Source of the DNA: Eubacteriales bacterium
GTDB lineage: Bacteria; Bacillota; Clostridia; Oscillospirales; CAG-382
Reading direction: 5' to 3'
DNA: 36,307 bases
NCBI GenBank assembly: GCA_045649365.1
Contig: JAZRPU010000060.1
Coordinates: 1-36,307, forward strand
Each line of letters begins with the position of its first letter. Position 1 is the stretch's first letter. The notes under the pieces are model-generated. The model saw only the letters and a list, made by a program, of their open reading frames with translations. It had not been told where the DNA came from and made no database searches. A program made the position numbers and the translations under genes. Shown in pieces: positions 9,177-16,292 of the stretch.

Positions 9177-9288
9177 TCATGTTTTATAGCTTTGTTTTTT
9201 CATTGAATTATTGATTTTATTATGGGATTTGCTGAAATCATAATTTTTGAAGGTATTAATTATATGACAAAAATTCTGGAGGAATTTT

Positions 9289-9579
9289 ATGCATAAAAAG
9301 TTTTTTGATATTATACAAGCAGCATTATTTGCGATTTTCATTATTACGATTATTTTGTATTTTGTTTTTCCAAATATATCATTTTTTAAGATTAATTTAT
9401 TCGTACTTTTAATCGTCCTTTTTGTTTCTTCTATCTTTAAAAAGAACATATTAGAAAATGAAAAACCAACGTTTCAAAACAAGGCGTTAATGGCAGTAAT
9501 GATAATAACCATCATACAATATTTTTCCGGTTCATTTTTTATATTAGGAAGACTTTTTGCAGAACATTTCATTAAATGA
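9289..9579 (+). CDS. Small integral membrane protein (96 aa, about three TM segments)
   Basis: ATG 7 nt after GGAGG; strongly hydrophobic segments; no recognised family. Confidence 0.6.
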   Translation: MHKKFFDIIQAALFAIFIITIILYFVFPNISFFKINLFVLLIVLFVSSIFKKNILENEKPTFQNKALMAVMIITIIQYFSGSFFILGRLFAEHFIK

Positions 9580-9660
9580 ATAATTGATATTTAAGCGATA
9601 ACAACAAAGAAAATATATTGTATAAAACTACGATATAACTATAATCAAGGCGAGAGCCTT

Positions 9661-9755
9661 GTATATCATCAAATCGCAGGGATATACACTCTGTCGAGCG
9701 ATGATATACAGCCCTAACGGGATAATGAGATATACGCCGTGGTGTGATGATATAC
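9661..9755. repeat. Array of GATATAC heptamers: four direct copies plus one inverted copy at 20-26 bp spacing
   Basis: GTATATC at 9661; GATATAC at 9681, 9703, 9729 and 9749. Noncoding interval between a + gene end and the tRNA terminator. Confidence 0.6.
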
Positions 9756-9773
9756 TAAACCTACGGTTTGGAT

Positions 9774-9815
9774 AAAAAAACACTGTAGAAAATGACAAAT
9801 TCTCTACAGTGTTTT
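9774..9815 (-). terminator. Rho-independent terminator directly after tRNA-Glu(UUC)
   Basis: ACACTGTAGA/TCTACAGTGT stem flanked by A and T runs, abutting the tRNA CCA end. Confidence 0.75.
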
Positions 9816-9890
9816 TGGTGACCCGTACGAGAGTCGAACTCGTGTCTCCGCCGTGAAAGGGCGATGTCTTGACCACTTGACCAACGGGCC
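9816..9890 (-). tRNA. tRNA-Glu (anticodon UUC), CCA encoded
   Basis: The reverse complement GGCCCGTTGGTCAAGTGGTCAAGACATCGCCCTTTCACGGCGGAGACACGAGTTCGACTCTCGTACGGGTCACCA folds as a cloverleaf. The anticodon loop is CTTTCAC. Confidence 0.92.
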
Positions 9891-9919
9891 ATATTCAGTT
9901 TATCGCTGACAGCTTACGT

Positions 9920-9948
9920 ATTATACTACATAAATTTATATTTGTCAA
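9920..9948 (-). promoter_or_regulatory. Consensus sigma-A promoter for tRNA-Glu(UUC) (TTGACA-17-TATAAT)
   Basis: On the minus strand, TTGACA (9943-9948) and TATAAT (9920-9925), about 30 nt upstream of the tRNA 5' end. Confidence 0.75.
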
Positions 9949-10040
9949 TACCTTTTTTGAAAAAAACAATAAAAAAACGAAAAAAATCGAAAACAAAGAA
10001 AAACAATATTAGATGTTTGTATAAAAGAATTGCTTGACAG

Positions 10041-10070
10041 TTGACAATCATTAATTATTTATGTTATAAT
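10041..10070 (+). promoter_or_regulatory. Promoter of the SE-rich lipoprotein gene (TTGACA-18-TGtTATAAT)
   Basis: TTGACA at 10041-10046, extended -10 TGtTATAAT ending at 10070. Confidence 0.6.
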
Positions 10071-10102
10071 TCAAAGGCACAAAGTGAGAGGAAGGTAAAT
10101 AA

Positions 10103-11161
10103 ATGTCGAGAATAAATAAAATTTTCATTTTGGTTTTAGTAGTTATTGCCACAGTTTTTGCGTTCGTAGCTTGTAATGGTGAACAGGAGCTGTCTGACGA
10201 GCAGAGTTCTTTTGATAATTCGTCATTAATCAGTAATGAAGAGCAGATGTCATCCAATGATATAAGTAACGATTTTGTATCAGAATTAATAGCTGATGCT
10301 TCGTCAGCGTTAGAGGAATCATCCTTTGAGTTTATGTCCGATGAATCTTTCATTAGCTTGGAATCAGCGGTGAGTGACTCTTCTGAAGCTTCTTCTAATG
10401 CTTTTTCTGAAGCTTCCTCCGGTGAGAGTAGTGAAGAATCTGATAATACCTCTTCAGAAGACCGTTCTTCCGAAGAGCCATCCGACGTATTTTCTGAAGA
10501 ATCTTCCGAAGAATCTTCTGAAGAGTCATCAGAAGATGTTTCGCAAGATGATTTCACATTAGATATTCCCGATGAATACATGGAATTATCTTCAGCTAAA
10601 GCTCTTGTTAGCTTGTCTGAAAAGTATAAAGATAAAATTCATGTTTCTATGAAAGCCGAAATGGATTATATGGGAGCTTTGACAAAAATATACATTGATA
10701 TTTGTAAGGATACGTTGTCAAAAAATCGTGTTTCCAAAACGAATGTGGAATGGTCGGGAAGTCTTTTGCAATCAAAGAGGATTGTTGTTTTAAATAATAA
10801 GTATTATGAAATTGACGACGTTAAAAAGACGTACCATAACATTACTAAAAATGAAACAATAGGTGACTATAGCATAACAACTCTTTTATCGGGCGGTTTA
10901 GATATAGAAAAGCTTTTATCACAGGCTGATAAAGTAGAAACAAAAAACGAACTTGTGAAAAGCGAAACATACGTTGTTGACTGTTTTTACGCTAAAAATG
11001 GAAGTAGCCTTGGAATTTATACCAAGGACGGTGAAATAAAATATTTATCTGTTCGAGAAGTGAACAACGGTGTTGAAAAAGAAATGTTTTTTGAAGTATG
11101 CATCGATGGTGACATTTCCGATGCAGAGTATTCTATTCCAAAAGACTACAAGCTTGTTTAG
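10103..11161 (+). CDS. Lipoprotein with long Ser/Glu/Asp-rich low-complexity linker and an uncharacterised C-terminal domain
   Basis: Signal peptide plus lipobox (FAFVAC), about 130 aa of S/E/D-rich sequence, then a ~190-aa globular-looking part. Confidence 0.75.
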   Translation: MSRINKIFILVLVVIATVFAFVACNGEQELSDEQSSFDNSSLISNEEQMSSNDISNDFVSELIADASSALEESSFEFMSDESFISLESAVSDSSEASSNAFSEASSGESSEESDNTSSEDRSSEEPSDVFSEESSEESSEESSEDVSQDDFTLDIPDEYMELSSAKALVSLSEKYKDKIHVSMKAEMDYMGALTKIYIDICKDTLSKNRVSKTNVEWSGSLLQSKRIVVLNNKYYEIDDVKKTYHNITKNETIGDYSITTLLSGGLDIEKLLSQADKVETKNELVKSETYVVDCFYAKNGSSLGIYTKDGEIKYLSVREVNNGVEKEMFFEVCIDGDISDAEYSIPKDYKLV

Positions 11162-11264
11162 TATGAATTGTTTTACGTCAACAATAAAGATAAGGTAAAC
11201 AGAACACCTTTTGTGGTTATATAGATAACATTTTATGTCAAGCCACTCCAAATTATTGAATATT

Positions 11265-11301
11265 AAAACTCCGACAGATATTAATAGTCTGTCGGAGTTT
11301 T
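11265..11301. terminator. Bidirectional terminator between convergent genes
   Basis: AAAACTCCGACAGA/TCTGTCGGAGTTTT stem with a T-run on + (TGCCGTTTTT) and A-rich flank. Confidence 0.7.
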
Positions 11302-11403
11302 GCCGTTTTTATGATAAGTGGTTTTTGCACGAATTTTTGTTGATTCAAGAAGGATTTTTGCAAATCTGATTATTGTTTTATGCAAAGCCAGTGGGCTTTA
11401 TGG

Positions 11404-12615
11404 TCATGATTTCTTATCGTCTTGGTTTTTCTTATCGTGAGTTATATTTGATATATGCTCTTTGATAACGTTTAAGCCCGTTTTTTGAGGCTCGTTCCCT
11501 GCACTCATGCCTTCGGGATATCTCCACAAGGTTATATTTCCCGAATCGTTGAGATTTTTGAGTATTATTGATATTATCGGGAATGCGAAAAGTCCTAATA
11601 TTCCAAAGGCTTCAAGACCGGCATACATCATAATCAATGTAATAAGCGGATACATTCCTATATATGAGCCAACGATTTTCGGCTCAATGATTTGTCTGAT
11701 AATGGTTACTATAACGTAGGTAACCAACAGACCAATTCCTGTGAATATATCTCCCGAGAAAATTGCCACGATTCCCCACGGAACAAGTACTGTTCCTGTA
11801 CCGATAATAGGAAGTATATCAACAAGCGCAGTTACTAATGCCACTAAATATGGATAATCCACGCCCAAGACGGAAAATGCAACAAGAAGTTCTAAAAAGG
11901 TAATAACTATTATAATACAATACGCCTTAAGATATTTCCATATAGTTGAGAAGAACTGATTTTTAATGAGAATGACATATTTTTTTGATTCTCCTCGGAA
12001 TTGGTATAACATAAATTGATTTATTTTTTTGAAATCTATAGCAATGTAATAAATAGCAATTACGAAAATGATTGCAACTATAAAAAAGTCCGCAACAAAA
12101 GATATTGTGCCCGTCAGAAAGGGCATAACGCTGGAAGAAATGTTTGTTACTATTTTTTGCGAAAGCTCGATTATGTTTTCATCAAAGTTTTCCCAATATT
12201 CTGAAAGAATCCCCGATACGTCAAAAATAGGAACGTATGAATTGATTTTATCTATCAACTCTGTAACTTTATTTTCGTCAGCCCTTAATTCAAAAATAAA
12301 TTTCGTTATTCTGTCTGAAATTGAATTGAATTCGTTGATTAATTCTTTTACGGTAATATATCCGACGAACACAAGAACTCCCGATAGCAATAGCAAAAGC
12401 ACAATGGTGCTGATGCTTTTGGGAATTTTGGTGTGCTTTTCCATGAAATTAATAGCAGGCTGAAGCACTAAAGCAAAAACCCATGCTATAATGAATGGTG
12501 TTATAAGTGGGATTACATATTTTCCCAAAGCATAAATAAGTAATAAAATAACTCCGGCAAATGCGGTGTAAAGTAAAAATAATACAATGCTTTTTTGCCT
12601 GTTTGTAAAATTCAT
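11404..12615 (-). CDS. AI-2E family transporter (PerM/YtvI-like integral membrane protein)
   Basis: 403 aa with about 8 TM segments. The layout and motifs (…LPIIGTG…VPWG…) are typical of the UPF0118/AI-2E family. No good RBS at the ATG. Confidence 0.7.
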   Translation of the reverse strand: MNFTNRQKSIVLFLLYTAFAGVILLLIYALGKYVIPLITPFIIAWVFALVLQPAINFMEKHTKIPKSISTIVLLLLLSGVLVFVGYITVKELINEFNSISDRITKFIFELRADENKVTELIDKINSYVPIFDVSGILSEYWENFDENIIELSQKIVTNISSSVMPFLTGTISFVADFFIVAIIFVIAIYYIAIDFKKINQFMLYQFRGESKKYVILIKNQFFSTIWKYLKAYCIIIVITFLELLVAFSVLGVDYPYLVALVTALVDILPIIGTGTVLVPWGIVAIFSGDIFTGIGLLVTYVIVTIIRQIIEPKIVGSYIGMYPLITLIMMYAGLEAFGILGLFAFPIISIILKNLNDSGNITLWRYPEGMSAGNEPQKTGLNVIKEHISNITHDKKNQDDKKS

Positions 12616-12798
12616 TTTTGCATTTTTGCTTACAGACAGATATACTGAAACTGTTCGCTTTTCCTCCTTGTTATTTTTGTATGTGTCATCAGTTTTATTT
12701 TACTCAAAAAATACCGACTTTATTTATTGAAATATGTGATATGAAAAAATATTAGTCTGTTTTTGCGAATTGTGACGAGATAAAAATAATAAAATGTA

Positions 12799-12827
12799 TT
12801 GACAACGAAACAATTTTGTGATAGAAT
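12799..12827 (+). promoter_or_regulatory. Sigma-A promoter for tRNA-Glu(CUC) (TTGACA-17-TGaTAGAAT)
   Basis: TTGACA at 12799-12804, extended -10 TGaTAGAAT ending at 12827, 14 nt before the tRNA. Confidence 0.75.
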
Positions 12828-12840
12828 GTCTGTCGGTGAA

Positions 12841-12915
12841 GGCCTGTTAGTCAAGCGGTCAAGACGTCGCCCTCTCACGGCGAAGGCAGGGGTTCGATTC
12901 CCCTACGGGTCACCA
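12841..12915 (+). tRNA. tRNA-Glu (anticodon CUC), CCA encoded
   Basis: GGCCTGTTAGTCAAGCGGTCAAGACGTCGCCCTCTCACGGCGAAGGCAGGGGTTCGATTCCCCTACGGGTCACCA. Anticodon loop CTCTCAC; T arm AGGGG-TTCGATT-CCCCT. Confidence 0.9.
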
Positions 12916-12956
12916 AAAAGTTCAATCGCAAGGAAGTTGCGGTTGGACTTTTTTAT
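12916..12956 (+). terminator. Terminator hairpin after tRNA-Glu(CUC); a second identical copy lies at 13071-13108
   Basis: AAAAAGTTCAATCGCAA-ggaag-TTGCGGTTGGACTTTTT, 17 bp including two G-U pairs, followed by a T-run. Confidence 0.75.
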
Positions 12957-13049
12957 TTGAAAGCGAAGAGGGGGAATCGAACGGGTCGGGAGTGAATGAC
13001 TTGCCGGTGGCAAGTCGGAGCCGACCCTGACCGAGCCCGCAGGCGAGAG
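12954..13049 (+). other. 96-bp GC-rich self-complementary insert between the two repeat copies (possible structured RNA or recombination scar)
   Basis: About 61% GC by hand count, against an AT-rich background. Nested stems: GACTTGCC-ggt-GGCAAGTC (12998-13016), GGGTCGG/CCGACCC (12983-12989/13021-13027) and GGGGAATCG/CGATTCCCC (12971-12979/13050-13058). Confidence 0.4.
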
Positions 13050-13123
13050 CGATTCCCCTACGGGTCACCAAAAAGTTCAATCGCAAGGAAGTTGCGGTTG
13101 GACTTTTTCATTTTGAAAATAAA

Positions 13124-13158
13124 AACGGGAATCGGAGTGCACAAGCTCGATTCCCGTT
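13124..13158 (-). terminator. Terminator of the phosphoglucomutase-family gene (bidirectional-looking)
   Basis: AACGGGAATCG/CGATTCCCGTT 11-bp stem; on the minus strand it is followed by TTTTTATTTT. Confidence 0.7.
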
Positions 13159-13220
13159 TGCTTTTCTTTGCATTCAGCTGACGGGCAAATAGTGACCTGA
13201 AACTCAACAGCTGATGTTAA

Positions 13221-14960
13221 TTACATATTTTGAAGCAGATTCTTCAAGAAACTTGAATAGTCCTCACACATTTCTTTAGCTGTGTTTTTGTTTTCGTGAG
13301 ATGCAAGAATATATATTTTTATCTTTGGCTCTGTTCCGGAAGGACGTATTATTGCAGAAGTTCCGTTTTCCAACTCGAATTTGAGCATATCAGCCACAGG
13401 AAGCGCTTTATCTTCTGTGGATTGATTTGTTTCAAAGTTCAACAAAATTTGTGATTTGAAGTCCATGAGAGAAACTGCATTTACGCCGGAGATGGATTTT
13501 GGGGGATTGCTTCTTAAGGCGCACATGATATCTTTCATTTTTTTCATTGGGTCTATTCCGCCAATTGACACGCTAACGGTTTTTTCTTCATAGAAGCCAT
13601 GTTTTTTGTACAGGCTTTGAAGAACGTCCCAAAGTGTTAAGCCTTTTTCTTTATAGAATGAAGCCATTTCAGCGATAAGCATTGTTGCTCCTACAGCGTC
13701 TTTATCTCTGGAATATGCTCCCGATAAGAAACCAAAGCTTTCTTCGTATCCAAATATGAAAGTGTGTTCGCCTGATGCTAAAAATTCTTTGATTTTTTCA
13801 CCTATGTATTTGAATCCTGTGAGAACACACATGGGTTTAACGTTTTGAGAAACGCAAATGGCGTCGAACAAAGGACTGGAAACGATGGAACGAATAGCAC
13901 ATGCATTTTCTTTCAACGTACCTGCTTCTTTATGTCCTTTGATGATGTAATCTACAAGCAAAGCTCCGATTTGATTTCCCGAAAGGGTGATATATTCTCC
14001 ATCGGCAGATTTGATTGTAACGCCTGTTCTGTCTGCATCAGGGTCAGTGGCTACTATTAATTCGCATTTTCCGCCCGTTTCTTTATCCAGCTTCTTTGCT
14101 TCGTTGAAGCATTCGGGATTTTCGGGGTTGGGAGATGCTACTGTGGGGAAATTTCCGTTGGGGATTCTTTGGCTTTCAACAACTTTTAAGTTTGTTATAC
14201 CACATTTTTTCAAAAGCTCGGGAACAAGCTTTGTTCCTGTTCCGTGAACAGGTGTGTATATCATGTTGAGAGAATCTCCGTACTTTTTCGTTGCTTCGGG
14301 AGAGATTCTGCATTTCATGATTTCAGATAAAAATCTTTCGTCAGTTTCTTCACCGATTATTTTTATAAGACCTTTTTCTACTCCCTCGTTGAAATCGATT
14401 CTATATACATCGTCAAAAATGTCCAACTTTGCTGCAGTTGCACTTACGGTGGAAGCGTGAGCAGGTGGGAGTTGAGCTCCGTCTTCCCAATATACTTTAT
14501 ATCCGTTGTATTCTTTGGTGTTATGGGAGGCGGTTATGTTTATACCTGATATACAACCATATTCCAAAATTGCAAAAGAAAGCTCGGGGGTGGGTCTAAG
14601 TGCATCGAAGAAATAAACCTTTATACCTGCTGCCGCTAAAACTTCAGCGGCAATTTTTGCAAAAAGCTCTGAATTGTTTCTGCTGTCGTATGCTATTGCA
14701 ACGCCTCTTGATTCTGCATGCTGTTCTTTTACCAAACAAGCTAATGCTTGAGTCGTCTGTGCTACAGTATATACGTTCATTCCTGATATACCCTCGCGCA
14801 TTACGCTTCTGAGCCCTGCTGTGCCGAATTCCATAGGGGAAGAAAATCTGATTGCGATTTCTGTTTCGTTTTCCGCTATTTCAAGCAAAGCTTTTTTAGT
14901 TTCGCTATCTATTTTAGGGGATGACACCCACTTTTTATACTCTTTAATTGCATTTTCCAT
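13221..14960 (-). CDS. Phospho-sugar mutase (alpha-phosphoglucomutase/phosphomannomutase family)
   Basis: 579 aa; active-site loop TASHNTKEYNGYK, metal loop ATDPDADR, sugar loop GYEESFG. Confidence 0.9.
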   Translation of the reverse strand: MENAIKEYKKWVSSPKIDSETKKALLEIAENETEIAIRFSSPMEFGTAGLRSVMREGISGMNVYTVAQTTQALACLVKEQHAESRGVAIAYDSRNNSELFAKIAAEVLAAAGIKVYFFDALRPTPELSFAILEYGCISGINITASHNTKEYNGYKVYWEDGAQLPPAHASTVSATAAKLDIFDDVYRIDFNEGVEKGLIKIIGEETDERFLSEIMKCRISPEATKKYGDSLNMIYTPVHGTGTKLVPELLKKCGITNLKVVESQRIPNGNFPTVASPNPENPECFNEAKKLDKETGGKCELIVATDPDADRTGVTIKSADGEYITLSGNQIGALLVDYIIKGHKEAGTLKENACAIRSIVSSPLFDAICVSQNVKPMCVLTGFKYIGEKIKEFLASGEHTFIFGYEESFGFLSGAYSRDKDAVGATMLIAEMASFYKEKGLTLWDVLQSLYKKHGFYEEKTVSVSIGGIDPMKKMKDIMCALRSNPPKSISGVNAVSLMDFKSQILLNFETNQSTEDKALPVADMLKFELENGTSAIIRPSGTEPKIKIYILASHENKNTAKEMCEDYSSFLKNLLQNM

Positions 14961-14998
14961 TGTTTTAAACTCCCAAAATTGATATATTATGATTTAAT

Positions 14999-15034
14999 AA
15001 AAAAACCCGAATAGCTAAAAAGCATATTCGGGTT
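14999..15034 (-). terminator. Strong rho-independent terminator about 40 nt upstream of the mutase start codon
   Basis: Minus strand AACCCGAATA-tgctttttagc-TATTCGGGTT followed by TTTTTTT. Confidence 0.7.
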
Positions 15035-15342
15035 GCAGTACTGTTTAACATTAATATTTAAAATTAAGAATGCGCATTCGCGTAACAATAAATTATTACC
15101 GCGGCGTTGGTTCTGTTTTAATGACATTTATAAAACGAGCATTAAAGGCACAATTCGAATAAATATACAATTTGCGTTTTATGACAAAATGCTTGTTTTT
15201 CCGCGATAAAATTGCTTTTTGAAAAGCTTGCACAACACAAGATTTTACAAAAGACAATACTGACAGCAACCCATCTGAAAACTCTTGTAAAAATTAAAAT
15301 TATACAAGTAAAATGATTGGAATAGTTAAAAGAGATGTTTTG

Positions 15343-15561
15343 TTACAAATACAAGTACCATTCGATTGTACCGTCGTTTTCACCTTCATTATCACCTTCA
15401 TGGCTACTGGTTTGGCTACCCCAAGTAATGTCATTCTCGAACATGAATTTAACTATGGTAAGGGCGGGAGTCTCATAGGACTCTTTTTCAGAAGCAACCG
15501 TGTTTTTTGAATTAATCTCTAAAGGCTTTGTTTCAAGCATGCTGTTATCCTTATGCATCAT
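15343..15561 (-). CDS. Small acidic hypothetical peptide (72 aa)
   Basis: ATG-ATG start 10 nt after GGAGG. MMHKDNSMLETKPLEINSKNTVASEKESYETPALTIVKFMFENDITWGSQTSSHEGDNEGENDGTIEWYLYL. The ORF is open upstream to 15654, but that part looks non-coding. Confidence 0.45.
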   Translation of the reverse strand: MMHKDNSMLETKPLEINSKNTVASEKESYETPALTIVKFMFENDITWGSQTSSHEGDNEGENDGTIEWYLYL

Positions 15562-15825
15562 TTGACCGCATCCTCCATTTCTCAAATATTGATAAATGTA
15601 TATTATTCGTCTGTTTGCAAGAACCACAAAGAAAGTACTTGCAAAAAAGGACATTAAACCATTTAAAAACTATCAGTATAATCTTATCAAAAAAAAGGGT
15701 CTTTGTCAATACTTTTTAACAAATTTATTTTGTTAAATTTGAACTAAATATTGCCACGATTGGAACAAGTAGGCTGTGGCTTTGCACAAAAGCGGAAAAC
15801 AAAGCACTTTACATGTGGAAAAATG

Positions 15826-15867
15826 AATACTCTGTGCTCTTTTAAAAATAAGAGGGCACAGAGTATT
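15826..15867 (-). terminator. Terminator hairpin downstream of the 62-aa membrane protein gene
   Basis: AATACTCTGTGC…GCACAGAGTATT stem of at least 12 bp; the minus strand continues CATTTTT. Confidence 0.65.
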
Positions 15868-15922
15868 TGACGTGAAGTGATATTTGAAATGATGAACAGA
15901 ATATTTCTGTTACGCTTTAATA

Positions 15923-16111
15923 TCAACAATCTAGCTTATCGTCTATTTTGTTTTCTACGTGCTTTAATGCCTTTTTTGCTTTTCTTTTCATCATATAGCA
16001 AATATCAGCCTTTTCTTCAAACATGCATAAAGCTATGGCGGATGACACTAAAGCAATCATCGTTCCTATCGTGCTTGCCGCGATTATTATACAGCTTTTT
16101 TTACAATTCAT
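15923..16111 (-). CDS. Small membrane protein (62 aa; N-terminal TM helix plus charged helical tail)
   Basis: AGGAAG-type RBS upstream. MNCKKSCIIIAASTIGTMIALVSSAIALCMFEEKADICYMMKRKAKKALKHVENKIDDKLDC. Followed by its own terminator. Confidence 0.5.
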   Translation of the reverse strand: MNCKKSCIIIAASTIGTMIALVSSAIALCMFEEKADICYMMKRKAKKALKHVENKIDDKLDC

Positions 16112-16205
16112 TTTTCTTCCTACCGTATTTTAGTGAATGCGGTTTATCCGCAATATTATTTTTACCAGATTGAATGCAAATATTCAGTCTGTTTTTCACA
16201 AAAAA

Positions 16206-16229
16206 AGAGTCGCAAAGAATTGCGACTCT
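16206..16229 (-). terminator. Terminator of the dehydrogenase operon
   Basis: AGAGTCGCA/TGCGACTCT stem with TTTTTTT on the minus strand. Confidence 0.7.
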
Positions 16230-16292
16230 GATTATTTTAAAAAATAGAAATTTTATGAAAATGAGCTGCAGAGAGAAATATTATTGGAGATT

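Larger units (their letters stand above)
12895..13108 (+). repeat. 59-bp exact direct repeat (12895-12953 and 13050-13108) covering the last 21 nt of tRNA-Glu plus its terminator
   Basis: CGATTCCCCTACGGGTCACCAAAAAGTTCAATCGCAAGGAAGTTGCGGTTGGACTTTTT occurs twice, 155 bp apart. Confidence 0.9.

Noticed and set aside
9628-9876. 82-aa minus-strand ORF
   Set aside because: It overlaps tRNA-Glu(UUC), its terminator and the GATATAC repeat array. Its composition reflects the repeats rather than coding sequence.
10051-10581. 176-aa minus-strand ORF rich in Ser/Asp/Glu
   Set aside because: It is a mirror-frame artefact of the low-complexity SE-rich linker in the + strand lipoprotein gene. It has no RBS and runs into the promoter region of that gene.
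12663-12669. Strong AAGGAGG on the minus strand about 45 nt upstream of the AI-2E transporter ATG
   Set aside because: I found no ATG, GTG or TTG at a suitable distance in any frame. I treated it as coincidental or a stand-by site, not as a separate small gene.
12954-13070. Possible second tRNA or tRNA pseudogene on either strand (T-loop-like GGGGGAATCGAAC / TTCGATT)
   Set aside because: I tried cloverleaf folds on both strands. The T-stem does not pair (ACCCG against CCCCC), no D-arm forms, and the only anticodon-like loop lacks U33. The region looks built from tRNA-derived pieces, not like a functional tRNA.
12996-13181. 61-aa + strand ORF (MTCRWQVGADPDRARRRE…)
   Set aside because: It lies entirely across the GC-rich insert, the duplicated tRNA 3' end and two terminator hairpins. 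It has no RBS.
15877-16173. 98-aa + strand ORF opposite the 62-aa membrane protein gene
   Set aside because: Its product is Phe/Leu-rich and typical of antisense AT-rich sequence, and it has no RBS. The minus-strand frame has an RBS, a TM-plus-helix architecture and a terminator. Even so, the minus-strand call is only moderate confidence.
16166-16191. Hairpin CAGATTGAAT-gcaaat-ATTCAGTCTG followed by TTTTT on the + strand
   Set aside because: No credible + strand gene precedes it. It is probably part of the intergenic terminator cluster between two minus-strand units, and the evidence is not enough to call it a feature.
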